Source: Cetorhinus maximus
Lineage: Eukaryota
Direction of reading: 5' to 3'
DNA: 64,000 bases
Assembly: GCF_964194155.1 (NCBI RefSeq)
Contig: NC_135917.1
Coordinates: 10,230,001 to 10,294,000 of the forward strand
The translations under genes were made by a program, and so were the position numbers. This document shows positions 1 to 13,369 of this stretch, piece by piece (within the stretch, counting starts at the first letter, position 1; the number at the start of each line of letters is the position of its first letter). The notes under the pieces are model-generated. The model saw only the letters and a program-made list of their open reading frames with translations, was not told the origin of the DNA and made no database searches.

Positions 1-1984
1 AAGCTGGCCAACATCGTCCAGATAATGAGCGCCAGCGGGATATTCAGGTATGGAGGCATCAATCCTGACCTCACCCCGATCCCGGGTTGGCCTTGTTTTC
101 CCTCTGCCTGGCTCAGATAAACCAGGCCAATTCTGACCCCTGAGCTGTCAACTCCAGCCGGAGGCCAACTCACATAGGGCAGGTCAAGTGAGCCACTGGA
201 GAGCTGGTAAAACTCATTGAAGGCGTGGATTCAAGCCCCAGTAGCTGCTGTGGCTGAATTGAAACACCGACTCCTCTGAAGGCAAAAGCAGTCTTCAGCC
301 ACCTGAGATGACCAGACTCCATCCCCAGTCTCGGTCAAGACGTAACAAAATAATTGCATTCTTAAAACAAAACAATCCCGAGTTTGGCTGTATACAATGT
401 CACTTCAGCCTGAGCTCGGTGCCAGAGTAGAGACATTACCAGGAAACACGTTGAGCTGATGAAGGAGCTAAAGAATTTCCTGTGAAAAGATAAGGGCTGA
501 TTTGCTGGGGAGATTTGATTTTGGAAGCCTTAAAAGGCCCAGTCATCATCTTCGATGTATTAACCCCGTGTAGGGTTGCCAACCCTCCAGGGTTGCCCTG
601 GCGTTGCCAGGAATTAAAAATTAGCATCTCTGGAGAAAAATCATGGGGGTGTCCAGAAAAATGTTTGCCCATTTCCTTAGAACACCCTAGTTTTTAATTA
701 GTTGCATAAATACTGGAGACGGAGCAGCAAGAATCACTCAATTGGATAACAAGGGGCAGGACTGTTCCTGTGGGCCAAATGGGGGTCATGACCCCACACT
801 GTGGGGCAAACAGCCACCCGGCTGTGATATTCCCCCGAATTGGCCAGTTAGCCGTCCAATTAAGGACGGAGGGCTCTCGAAGCTGGGAGGGCCTTCCCCC
901 ACTGAGGAAGCAGCAGCAGCAGCCTGTCTTCAGGTAACGGAGAGAGGGTGCCCCTCAAGATGGAGGCGTCCCCTCTCCAATTTTATTAACTTTAAAATAA
1001 AGAAAGCCCTTATCAGCCAGGCCCCTCCACAGAACGGCCTGTGGCTGCAGCTGAAGCCTGGCGGGCAGGGAGGGCCTCAAAGCCTGCCTGGAGTGCTGGC
1101 TCTCCTTCTGCTATTGGGAGGCTGTCTCCAGGCAGCTGCACTGCCTCCCAATACCTCAGAGGCTGGAGGCAGGTTGGAAAATTCTTATTGGGCCTTCAAC
1201 AAAGTCAGTTTGCTGCCCGCCACGTGCGGGCAGGTAGCGCTGCCGCCAACCCATCCCGCCTCTAGGAAAATGGCCCGCTTCACTGGAAGGGTGACAGGTT
1301 CGGCTGCGCTGCACATTTCTCACCAGGCCTGGGATTGAGGTCCGGGCTCCTCTTAAGCATCCCACCGCCCTCCAATTCCCATCGCTCCACCATTGGCTTC
1401 AGCTGCCTGAGCCCCGAGTTCTGGAATTCCCTCCCGAAACCTCTCCACGTCTCTACCTCTCTCTTTCGACACTCCTTAGAACCGCTCTCTTTGACCAAGC
1501 TTTCAAGGTCCAGAATTGGGGTGGTTGTAGGGCTGGAGGAGAATGGGAAGGGGCGAGGCCATGGAGGGAACAAGGACGGGAATATTTGTTTAATGTGTTT
1601 GAATGAATTTCCTCTTTCCAATATTTTTATGGAGGAACTTCTGCATGAAGATAGCAGACAAAGAAGCTCCATCAGAACGGGTTAAGAATCCCTATGCAAA
1701 TATTGATCATGCCATTTCAATACCTCAGTCTTTAAACTACTGCAACGCTGACAGCATTTTACTAGCGCCACAGGATGGGAGAGAGCATGGCTTATTTGGC
1801 TGGCTGCCGATTAGTAGGGTTAGGCAGAGTTTGGTGCATAAAAGATCCATCCTCCTGCAGGGGCCCGTCGCTCAATGGTCAAACCAATGTCTTCTGACTC
1901 GGAGGGGCTGCTGGGTGTGCTAGCTTTTCTCAATGGAATTAAATCTGATAGTGATGCCCCCTGCTGCTGATGCTTGGGCTAAGC

Positions 1985-2350
1985 CTACAGACCAGGGAGC
2001 TGAGAGGTTTGGTCTTGTCATCCATGCTGAGTGAGTCGGAGTTGCAGCAGGGGTGGTGTGATTGGCCTCAGTGCCCTTAGGATATAGTGAGGGGCAGAAA
2101 GTGGTCAACGTTTCTGCTCCTGGTCACCATCCAGTGACTGCTACCAACAAAACAAATGCAGGTGTGCAAACCTGCACTGAGGACAGGATTGGACTGCAGT
2201 GTGATGCCTTACATAGCCGAATAGTCTGTCGGCACTCACCCGTCACAGGCAACATGTGAAGAATAGCTACTTGGCTAAGGTAGAAGGATAAGGATCTCTA
2301 AGGATAGAGACAGGTGCCTACCCGACTGTACGAGTCAGCAACTTCAGGAG
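1985..2350 (+). repeat. Old dispersed SINE-like repeat (unclassified)
   Basis: Blocks such as GGACAGGATTGGACTGCAGTGTGATGCC and GAATAG are loosely shared with about 38370-38620, 49010-49150 and 50640-50900. Confidence 0.4.
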
Positions 2351-4549
2351 AACTGGCTGAGTTAAAACAACACTTACCCGGTCAAATGCCACCGCTACGC
2401 CAACAATCGCTACACTGAACTGTTGGCACTGGCACACTGAAAAAGTACCAAACTGGCATCAGCGTCAAAGGGGCAGTGCAAGGCTAACTAGCCGTACTTT
2501 GGACTAGACTGGCCTCGCACGCTTCAGAAAGGTCTGCACTGACATGCGCTCCTGGGCATTAAGGTCCACCTGAATGGTGCTCGGTTCAGGTGCAGATAAA
2601 CGATTGCGTACATCAAACATAAAGCACCCTGCTGAAACTGACTGCCATCGGCACTTCAATTGAAATGAATAAATGCTTTAAAAATATATAATTAAAATAG
2701 ATTCAATCACAAACAGTGATTGAGTAAGTACAGTGGGATTAAAGGCACCACCCACCCCAGTTATCCTCATGGACTAAATAATAGAAAATGAACAATCTGG
2801 TTCTCAGTATAAGCAGGAACTTATAGAAGGAATGCCTTCCTATTCATTATCATGGCATGTGGATTAGAGCCTGGCATTGACCCAATTCCTTGTATATATA
2901 CCACAGATTGTATGCTTCTTTTTAAAAGCCTTTTTCACTCCACAGTATAAATGCCCCGATGCCCAAGAAGGCAAGACCCACAAAAGTGCCTGTCCACGAT
3001 TGTACCTTCAGGAACAAGGTGTTTTAACAACTTGCATTTATATAGCATCTTCAATGTTGTAAAATGTCCCAAAGCACTTCATAGGCAAAAACTGACACCG
3101 AGCCACATAAGGAGCTATTAGGGATAGGTGATCAAACGCTTGGTCAAAGAGGTAGATTTTAAGGAACGTCATAAAGGAGGAGAGTTGCAGAGGTTGAGAA
3201 GTTTAAGGAGGGAATTCCAGAGCTTAGGGCCCAGGCTATTGAAGGCACGACCACTAATGGTGGGGCGATTAAAATCGGGGATGCTCAAGAGGCCAGAATT
3301 AGAGGGTCAAAATCCTGGGACTCCCTACATAACAGCACTGTAGGTGTACCTACACCACATGGACTGCAGTGGTTCAAGAAGGCAGCTCACCACCACCTTC
3401 TCAAGGGCAATAAATACTGGCCCAGCCAGAGAAGCCACATCCCGTGAATGAGTAAAATAATTTGCAGAGGGTTGGAGGACTGGAGGAGGTTAGGGAGTTA
3501 GGGAGGGGCAAGGCATTGGAGGGTTCGAACAGGGGGAATAAGAATTTTAAAATTGTGATGTCGCTATTGTAGATCAGAGAGCACAAGGTGACAGTGACTT
3601 GGACTTGAAGTGAAAAGAGGCAGCTAAGTATTTACACTGTTCCAAGCAATTGGATCACTGGACTCCACGGTGTCCCTGGTACCTGACTGTAAGAAGGAAG
3701 TCACACACTGAGATTGCCCTCCCTAGACAGCGAACATCCAAACAAAGCAAGAGGCTCCTAAAGTGAAAACATGTTAATGGATGGAATCAGGTAATGCAAT
3801 CTGTAAATTGTGGAATGTCATGTCATTAAAAACTTGCCTCACCGTGATCCATTGGGCCCATCCTTTATAGATGGGCTGAATATTTGAGTATGTAGATTGC
3901 TACCACAGCTCCTGCTAAATGTCATTGCTGATTGGTTGGGAGTGAGGGGAAGATTTATAATATCATAAATGCTGCTGCTCCTGGTTTACATTAGATTTTT
4001 ATTTTAACTGGCAGCAGATTGAAATCGGCACATAAAAGGGCTTCTCTCTCGCTTGAAAAACCAACTAAAAGTCAACACAATTTCCTCATGCCTAGTTTTC
4101 CAGACAAAACTCTCTCCCCGTCACCACCCCCCGGCCTCCACAAACAACCCCCCCACCCCCCACTCCACCCACACCCTTAAGGCTAGCTTCACCAAATGCA
4201 CCTCCTTTCTGATCTCTATCATGGTTAGATCTGTCTGCATACTCTTACTCCCTGTGCACCACTAAATAACTTTCCATTTGTTGCACGCTTGCAGCCTAGT
4301 CTTGCCGACTGTCGAATCAGCAGGGAGCTGCTTTGCTTTTTAAGTCCGATTTTGGAGCAAAAACAAAAAAAAAAGCGGAGCGAGTCTGATTCATATCCCT
4401 GTAAATATGCAGCCCGTCACCAGTGTGGGTCACCGCTGACCTGTGTGGGCTTGGCAATGGGAACAGTCTTGCTAGGAGAGTGCCCCCAGTGGCCATGCAG
4501 GTGGTGTAATGAGGCACTGAATTGAGTGCCAGATCTGTGGACAGTTAGC

Positions 4550-5183
4550 TGGTGCAGGATTTTACTTTTTGGGCCAGGACCCCAATATTGGGGTCAAATG
4601 GGGGTCCCGACCCCGCATTCTGTTTGGAGCAGTCACCTGACATCTGATTCTGCCGTGATTGGCTAATCAATGGCCAGAGGGCAGGTCCACTGCCCAATTA
4701 AGAATGACACGTGGGCTCATGAAGCTGGAGGGCCAATAGGAGGCCCTCCAGCATGGAAGGAGCCGCAGCCTGCCATTGCAGATAAGGGAGAGAGAGGGCG
4801 TCTCCATCTTGAGGAGCCATCTTAGCAACTTTAAAAGCCGTTGAGTTGGAAAACGGCCACAGTTGCCGGACTGCTGGGCTGCAGTTGTGGCCAGTGAGGC
4901 AGGGAGGGCACTGGTCCCCCAGCCTTGCACCGAGAGGCAGCCCCCCCAAGTCAGCTGGCCTGTTCTCAATGTCAGGGGGGGCCACAGGTTGACTGGCCTT
5001 CAGCTTATCTTAATCAGCGACCTTGTACTTGTGGGCGAGTAGTCCTGCGGCCCTTGATTCCACCTCCAGGAAAACGGACTGGGGTGGGATGGTGCCAGCA
5101 AAGAGGCACACTAACCGGTGGCGTGAATTTACCTGCCTGTCCATCCCTGTGCTCACCTCCATACCAGGTCAAAAATTCAGCCC
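4550..5183. mobile_element. GC-rich MITE family member
   Basis: Termini GGTGCAGGATTTT and AAAATTCAGCCC. Internal blocks are shared with about 750-1330 and, inverted, about 24800-25350. Confidence 0.6.
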
Positions 5184-7234
5184 CTGGTCTCAGCTAATAA
5201 GCGTGTCAGTTGGAATGCGCAAACTGACTCCAAGTTAGAGATGGCAACAGAGAGAGAAAAGGAAGTAGCACTCTTTGCAAAATTGTCTGCAACTCTGAAT
5301 CAGTCGTGTGTCACGAGCTGTCCACTGCTGGGACACTCCGCGACTCCTGACTACATGGAGTTCAGTGAACTATGGAGAAGTGCAGACATTCAGCTGCATG
5401 GGTTTCTTGTGCTCGAGAAGGCACATGTGCTCAGACGAAGTAGAACTTACACACTTTGGATGGTTCATGGTCCAGCAGAACACACAGCCACTGGGTTCAC
5501 CACTGTATTTCCAGAAACATTAAGCCCTCGGAATCCCGGTCACTTTGGTTATTTTGAACCAAATGGCGCCTCCACTCCACACCACGACGTAGATACTGAG
5601 ATCAGTCCAATTCTTACGTGAACTCGTGCGCTTATCCGTATGGAACCTCTCCCATTTCAGGCACCGGCGCACTCTCAGATACAAATCAGCATTAATCTGC
5701 CTCTCCTTTGCCCCAAAAATGTGCCCGAGTCCCGACCCCAAAGGGAGCTTCCTACTTTGCCAATGTGATATTTTCCATCTCAAGTGCCAGGCATCTTCTT
5801 AACCTCTTTGCTCGAGGTTGCTGTGAGCTAGCTGGTAGATGACGGGGTAGTTACATCCTGTGATTGAGACTCACTGCTCAGATTTACTTCAGTCAGGAGG
5901 CTTTCATCCTAATCGATAGCAACTGGGTCCACACCCAGGTCCCAGTGGCAATGGGGTAGTGCACGCCAGATCACTGCAGTGTCTAGTCTATGCACCCACT
6001 GAACATGGAACTTGAAGGTATGAAGGTGGCGTCACTCAGGAATGAATAGGAAGATGGTCTGTACTCAAACAGAGACCAAAGGCAAAAAGGGCTAATCTGT
6101 AAAGTGCCCTCCGTCCCTTCTGCTGGTTTGGTTCGGCTACCCATCGCCATGTGACATGTGCACACCAGCATGTTCACCCATGTTAGGTGGATAAGTGATG
6201 GCTCACTTCTGAGAGTCTGAAGTGGGAACAGCTTCAAAGTTGGATAATTGGACTGAGTCAGACACCACCACTCAAAATAAGACATTGAACTTCCTATATG
6301 TTATGTAGGCCTGATGTTGCAGTCCAATTAAGAGTGCTACATTCTTCCCCCAGCCATCAGCCTTTACATATAAGGTAATGGAAAGTGTTTCCCTCCAGTT
6401 AATAAGGAAGTTATCTGCATTCAGTGGCTAAACTGACAACAGAGCCATTTCCCATTTTCTAGCCCACATATCCCAGGTCATGCCTTCAACAAGGAACTGA
6501 AGCCAACCTGTTTGGCTGACTCTGTTCAGTTTTATTCTTATTCATTCCTGAGATGTGGGTGTCAGTGGTAAGACCAGCATTTATCACCCATCCCTAATTG
6601 CCCTTGGGGCAATTAAGTAGCTTGCTCGGCCATTTCAAAGTCAACCACATTGCTTTGGGTCTGGAGTCACATATAGACCAGACCAGGCAAGGATGGCAGA
6701 TTTCCTTCCTTAAAAGGACATTAGTGAACCAGATGGGGTTTTAATGGTAGTTCTAATAGTTTCATGGTCTCCAACACTGAAGCTAGCTTTTTATTGCAGA
6801 TTTATTTGTTTAACTGAATTTAACTTCCCCTAATGGTGGGATTTGAACTTAAGTCTCTGGATCATTAGCACAGGCCTCTGGATTACTCATCCAATAACAT
6901 AACCACCATGTGACTGCATGCTCGCTGCCAACTTCAAACAGCACAATTGGTGATGAGTACTGCTGAATAGACTGTTGGGAAGCAGAGCTCGAACTGAATC
7001 CCTGTTATCTGGTGGGGTCCACTTTTTCGTGCTTCTTGTTAATCAACTGACCACATTCCAGTGGTGAGTACATTCCAGTGCTTGTTTACCCAAATTCAGG
7101 TTTAAGTGGCCCACATTTCAACCCTGAAACCTAAACAACCCAGGCACTCTCAGCACCTGAAAACAGTCCGCTCCAAAGTTAAAACCCCACGGCAAGTACA
7201 CACAGTAGCTTTCATATTTTATTGTGCCAAATGT

Positions 7235-7860
7235 GATTGACATTCTAAATTCACCATTCACTCCCTCCACCACTGACACACAGTGGCAGCAATGTGTACC
7301 ATCTACAAGATGCACTGCAGCAACTCAACAAGGCTCCTTCGACAGCACCTTCCAAACCCACAACCACTACCATCTAGAAGGACAAGGACAGCAGATAGGT
7401 GGGAAGACCACCACCTGGAAGTTCCCCTCCAAGTCACTCACCACCCTGACTTGGAAATATATCACTGTTTCTTCACTGTCGCTGGGTCAAAATCCTGGAG
7501 CTCCCTCCCTAACAGCACAGTGGGTGTACCTACACCATATGGACTGCAGCGGTTCAAGAAGGCAGCTCACCACCACCTTCTCATCAGTTGGCTGGACGGC
7601 TGGTTTGTGATGCAGAGTAACACCAACAGCGTGGGTTCAGTTCCCATACTGGCTCAGGTCATCCATGAAGGCCCCACCTTATCAACCTCAACCCTCACCT
7701 GAGGTGTGGTGACCCTCAGGTTAAACTCACCACCAGTTGTATCTCTCTAATGAGACAGCAGCTTGTGGTCCTCTGGGACTATGGTGGCCTTCACTTCTCG
7801 AGGGATGGGTGATACATGCCAGCCTCACCAGTGACACCCATATCCCAAGAGTTAATTTTT
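7235..7860 (+). mobile_element. Same LINE family 3' fragment, interrupted by a tRNA-headed SINE (7583-7793)
   Basis: Near-identical to 58500-58850. The inserted SINE has a B-box-like GGTTCAGTTCC and is flanked by the CTTCTC duplication at 7577-7582 and 7794-7799. Confidence 0.8.
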
Positions 7861-8859
7861 TAAAATTACATGTAACCTAGATTTTCTGGCCACATTATAT
7901 TAATGACAGTGATAACCTAATAAGTTAAAACAATGCTGATTGGAAGATCTATGCTAGCTAAGAGCCTTTTAAGACACTGCCCCTTTAACAGAATGCACTA
8001 ATGTTAACTCAATGTTCTTCATGAGCTTTTACCAGGCAGTCTGTAGATCAAAGGCTACGTCCACGAATGTTTCAATGCATCACACCACAGGCGACAGGAC
8101 ATAAATCGGTGCCTGCAGTTCCCCACGCTGTCAACTCTTGATTTCAATTCTAACACTGTGGGTAGTTGTCCAGTGGAAGTCAGGCAATGCCCCACTGGCA
8201 AAAGGAGACACTAGAGACTACATGGTAAATGGACCTGCTGGAACTAGTAGCCTTGTAACCCCAACATCAACTCAAATTCACATAGCACCTTTAACAAAGT
8301 AAAAATGTCCCAAGATTCTTCACAGGAACAATTAGCAAACAAAATTGGATGCTGAGCCACACAAGGAGATATTAGAGAGGTACAAGGAGGAGCGAGAGGT
8401 GGGCATGGTTAAGAAGGATAATCCAGGATTTAGGGCCTTTGCAACTCAAGGCATGGCCACTAATGGTGAAGCAATGGAAATTGGGCTGCACAAAAGGCCA
8501 AAATTGGAGGAATGCATTGATCTCAGAGGGTTGTAGCCTGGTATAAATTCCAGGAATTCACACGTTTTCTGTGAAACATTATCTGTTGCAAATTCTGCAT
8601 TATTCAGTGAAACCCCACAACGCTTTCTTGGTTTCAATGCAGCTCACTCTAGATAAAGGCACAGCCGCCCATTCAAGTTCCGTTGCTACCATTAATAGAA
8701 GACGCTTGCCTTCATATAGCCTTATCTCAAAGCATCTCAAACTAGCTACAGATGACCAAGTGCCATAACTGCCAATGTGGGCACCATGCAAGTCAGACTG
8801 TGTCAGCAGCCTCCCATAACCAGCAGAGAAACATCAATGGAAGGAGGATCATTCATGAA

Positions 8860-9720
8860 ATCCTACATCACAGAAGGTGGCCATTCAGCCCATCATGCCT
8901 GTGCTGGCTCTCTGAAAGAGCTGCCAATTAGTCCCACACGCTCTGTTCTTTCCTTATAGCCCCGCAATATTTTCCCTTTTAAGTATCAGTCCATTTCCCC
9001 TTTGAAAGCTACAGTTGAATCTGCTTCCTCCATCCTTCCAGAGAATGCATTCCAGATCTCAGAGATCAAGGTCTTCGAGAGGGTGCCTAGAAGATTTACT
9101 GGAATGATACCAAGGATGAGGGACTTCAGTTCATGTGGAGACACTGGAGAAGTTGGAGTAGTTTCTCCTTAGAGCAGAGAAGGCTAACGAGAGATTTGAT
9201 AGAGGTCTTCAGAATTATGAGAGCTTTTGATTGAGCAGTTAAGGCAAAACTGTTTCCCGTGGCAGTGCAGTCAGTGACCAGACAACACCGATTTAAAGAG
9301 CCAGATGGGAGATGCGGAGAATATTTTTTTTACACAATGACAGCAGAGAAGGTTAAGAGGATATTTGATAGAGACGTTCAAAGTTATGAGGGGCTTTTGA
9401 TAGAGTAAATAAGGAGAAATGATTTCTAGGGGCAGATGAGTTAGCAATCAGAGGATACAAATTTAAGGTGATTGGCAAAGAGGTAACATGAGGAAACATT
9501 TTTTTGAATGGCAGAGTGGCTGTTGTCTGGAATGCACTGCCTGACAGGGTAGTGGAAGCAGGGCCACTGGTAACATTCAAAGCAGAATTGGATAAATACT
9601 CAAAATGACGCGGCTACGGTGAAAGAGTAATGCAGTGGGATTGATTGGATAACTCATTCAAAGAGCTGGCAGAAAGGGATCAAATGGCCTCCTTCTGTGC
9701 TGCAGCATTCCATGATTCAA
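8860..9720. mobile_element. Cluster of CR1 3' fragments (one minus, two plus)
   Basis: Shows RRLRG(Y)LIETFKVMRG-type ORF2 C-terminal remnants twice (about 9180 and 9350), then TGGAATGCACTGCCTGA and the CR1 tail. Confidence 0.75.
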
Positions 9721-12357
9721 TAACAATTTGCTGAGCAAAAGATTTGCCCTGCTACCTTCAAAGATTGATAGCTGGAACTTCTCATTGCTCTGTTCTTTAG
9801 TGCAACAAGACTCTTAAAATTCCCCTGCATTGGCAGAGGGAAAGCACAATGTTAATACAGTCTCTTAAGGGAAGCATCTCCAATCATTCATCACTACTGC
9901 AGAAGAATTGAAAGAGCAAAGTTGCATCTTGGGGTTTTGTTAGGTAGGGGCATCAAGGGTTACAGATCAACCATGATCAGATTTAATGGACTGTCTAATA
10001 TAATCTTTTGGCAAGTCAACCACTCCTTATATGCTATAATGAAATGCAGCCCTCTTAAGTATGCAGTATGGGTTCACAATTCAATACAATGGAAATGGCT
10101 GAATAAAGTGGAACATGATGTATCAGCTTAGGATAGCTGGTGGCAATCTGGTCACAGAAAGATTGAGGGTTCAAACAGTGCTTATGATAGGAACAAGGAG
10201 GAGGCCATTCAGCCTCTCGAGTCTGTTTAGTTTCATTAGGCCAATCTGTATTTTAACTCCATCTACCTGACTTGTTTCACTAATCCTTAATACCCTCGCC
10301 TGACAAACAAATCTATCAATCTCAGTTTTGGAATTTTCAATTGACCCCCAGCCTCAACACCTCGTTGAGGGAGAGAGCTCCAGATTTTCACTACCCTTTG
10401 TGTGAAGAAGTGCTTTCTGATTACATTTTGCCAAGTGTAACTTCTGGATTTAAAGTTCCTCCTCACAAAAAAAACTAGATCAAGTGCAGCTGTTAACTCT
10501 CAATCCACTTCTCAGCAGATACAAATCCATTTTCTTTTTAAAGATGCCAGTTGGCCCCAATTCAGTGGGAGTTTGTTCCACATTGTGTGGGGGAGAAAAA
10601 CAAGCCTTGGCAGCAAGAGTTGGTGAAAGCAAATGGTCGGGCAAGAGACATGTCCCCTTCACTTTGTGACCTTCGGACAATCTGTTGCGCCATGTGTATA
10701 TGGGCTTTCACTTACAGCCTGCTCAAACATGCTGAACTGGGATTCAGTGTAAACCATCTCTTCAGTGCTGGCCCCTTATCCTAGTCTCCAGTGAAAGGAC
10801 GCATGAGGCATGAAAAGCAAGTGAAAGCTGCTTTTAAAACTAATCGCCTCTCCGTAACCTCCTTCAGCCCCACAACCCTGCGAGATCTCATGTTCCTCTG
10901 ATTCTAGCCCCTCGCACATTCCCAATTCCACCATTGGCGGGCACGCTTTTTGTTGCCAAAGCCCCATGCCCTGGAATTCCCACCCTAAACCTGTCCGCCT
11001 CTCCCCTCATGTAAGACGTTCCTTAAATCCCACCTTTTTGACCAAGCTTTTGGTCAGATATCATTCAGTGTGACTCAGTATTGAGTTGTGTTTCATAGTG
11101 CTCCTGGGGCGCATCCTGGGACGGTTTTACCCACTCAAAGGTGCTATATAAATGTATGTTGTTGGTGTTATGACCCCCTCTACTATCACACAGACACCAG
11201 AAATGGCCTGGTCCCCAAACACAGCTGGACACGCTCCCTAAATGCCTTCGCTAGCCCTCTCCCCACCTATCAAAGTTTCGGACAAAACCAAAAACCATTC
11301 ATTGCATCCCCCAGCCACTTCCTCTCTACTCCGACTGCCCCCCCTCACCCCAACCCTTCCCCCCCCCACCCCAATGTGGCTGTAAATGGTAATTTAATCT
11401 CTTGCCCTCCAGCCTACCAGAGGAGGCCATTCAGCCCCTTTCTAAGTCTGTTCCGCCTTTCGATTAGAATATTAGATCATGACCTCATCTGTATAAATCT
11501 GTTCCAAGCTGTCATCTCCTTTTCCCCCCGTCTCTGCACTCGCTTCTACCTCTCCAACACCTTCCAGTGCACTTAATGGTAAACGACCTTAAACTAACGG
11601 GGGCCGGAGCAGGGCAAAAATCCCCACTTGGCGTCATTCATTTCCAACGCGCTTTTCATGGGAGTTTCACCATTAAATGACCTCATGTTTTGGGGGGGGG
11701 GGGGGGTGGGGATGGAGGACCGAAGAGGTCGCGGAAAAAAGTAGGAGCAGCACCTTAAATGAATCGTGTGACTGATTTTCAGGCCACCGAAAGCAAGCGC
11801 CTCTCAGTACCCATTGAATCATCAAAAAGTTTCACTTCACAGTGATTTCGAGTTACCCCCCCCACCACAAAAAAATATTTTTAAACTCATCGACTCCCAT
11901 TCAAGCTATCAAACTACTGTATGGAAAATATTAATAGGCTGGAACATTTGCTGCTGGAGTAACTGGATTTTTGCAAATGAAATCCTTCTAATAAAAGAGA
12001 GGTCTATTGTTATTGAAACCCAGACTCTTCCTGTCCAGTCTTACAATTACTACTGCAGATAAAACTATTTGGTTTTAATTCAAGAAGCAAAATTGCTCCG
12101 CCAGTGCTGTTTGTTGGCGAGTTCCACCTACTGTAACTGAGCCTGAACAACAGGGTTTGGATGTGTCACCCGCCTGGTGATGCACACAGCAGCAACCCCA
12201 CAGATCTTCCAACCAGCAACCCCCTCCACAATGGTTCTGGGTCGACAATAATAGGCATTTGGAGAGAAACAGACAGACAAAACAGGCGTGTTAAACTAGA
12301 AGGTGCTCCTGTCCAACAAACCCTGTACACACATCAGGCACAAACTCCCTCAACAAA

Positions 12358-12505
12358 AGCAAAACACTGCGGATGCTGGAAATCGGAAACAAAAACAGAC
12401 AATGCTGGATAAACTCAGCAGGTCTGACAGCATCTGTGGAGAGAGAAACAGAGTTAACTCTTTTCCCTCACAGATGCTGAGTTTTTCCAGCATTCTCTGT
12501 TTTTG
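12358..12505. repeat. Fold-back of two PLE tails
   Basis: Arms converge on the palindrome GAGTTAACTC at 12451-12460. Confidence 0.8.
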
Positions 12506-12693
12506 CTCCCTTACAACAGCCCGTTATTTGACTACGGGGGGCTTCACTTTTGAATGGGAGCTTCCTTGTAAGTGGAGACAGTCAGGAACCAAATTTATTT
12601 CAGCTCCTCTGCAATATTGAGGTACCTTCCTAACTTTTTTTTAAAAAATGTGTGTGTGGAGTGTTTTGATGGGATGGCATTCTTGTTACATAC

Positions 12694-12882
12694 CTGCTTG
12701 TGGTTGCGGGGTAATGTGCCCCCCGAGTAGGCGAGGGTCTTGTAAAGCTCGGAGGTCTTGCAAGTTTCCGCACCGGTTTTGTAAGTTTCACTGCTGCCTT
12801 TGTAAATTGCACTCTCAGCCCCGGGATCCGCGCTGCCGTAATCCTCCTTACGGCTCAACTTTTTCACCCTTCGCAAAGTCAT
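12694..12882 (-). CDS. TAMALIN: Tamalin (GRASP, PDZ scaffold) first coding exon
   Basis: Translates to MTLRRVKKLSRKEDYGSADPGAESAIYKGSSETYKTGAETCKTSELYKTLAYSGGTLPRNHKQ, matching the human N-terminus MTLRRLRKL...ELYRALAVSGGTLPRRK. Phase-0 donor CAG|GTATGT. Downstream of ACVR1B on the same strand, as in human. Confidence 0.92.
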
Positions 12883-13290
12883 TTTCCTACAATTCTCATT
12901 CCATTGTGTTCCTCCCCACTCCTCCTCCTCCTCCTTGGACTGGATCGGGTTGAAATGAACAGCGAGCCTGGTCTCCTTGTACCAAAGTGGGAACTGCACT
13001 CGGACACAACGGTTTATTAAAGCCGACTCGACGGATGTTACAGTCCACCCCCTCCCCCTCCACGTGGTCGAGGTGTGGTTACAGTTTCATTTCCCCCTAA
13101 ATTGATAAGAATCTGCAAACAACGAGAAGCTTTCAACTTTTGTTTTATCCTGCCCACACCCCCGGAAAATAAACCTTGCCACTGAAATCTGTCCTGTAGC
13201 TCTAAGTACCGAGTTTCTGAGCTGCACTTACAGAGGGCAACATTTTAGATGGGGAATTGAAACCCGCCCCCAATCCAGCAGTCCCTTCAA
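12883..13290 (-). promoter_or_regulatory. TAMALIN 5'UTR and proximal promoter
   Basis: CpG-enriched unique sequence. TATA-like TTTAATAAA on the minus strand at about 13013-13021, E-box CACGTG at 13061-13066, GC box CCCGCCCC at about 13263 next to CCAAT at about 13270. Confidence 0.55.
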
Positions 13291-13369
13291 GCCGTTTGTT
13301 TTATTCGTTCATGGGACGCGGTGGGCCAGTATTTCCCGCACATCACTAATGTTTCTGAGGAAAACGGCC

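Noticed and set aside
440-479. Possible TAMALIN exon 2 (good acceptor TTTTCACAG and donor GTAATG on the minus strand)
   Set aside because: In the required phase 0 it reads GAA ATT CTT TAG (stop) and shows no similarity to tamalin. It could only be a cryptic or poison exon.
742-1338. 198-aa ORF
   Set aside because: It lies within a GC-rich MITE-like repeat, has a non-ATG start and shows no recognisable domain.
2378-2437. Second possible TAMALIN exon (TTTTTCAG acceptor, GTAAGT donor)
   Set aside because: It has an in-frame TAG in phase 0 and no homology. True exon 2 was not found and probably lies left of the window.
12883-12999. N-terminal extension of TAMALIN suggested by the ORF track (MQFPLW...)
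   Set aside because: It starts at GTG, and homology begins at the ATG at 12882.
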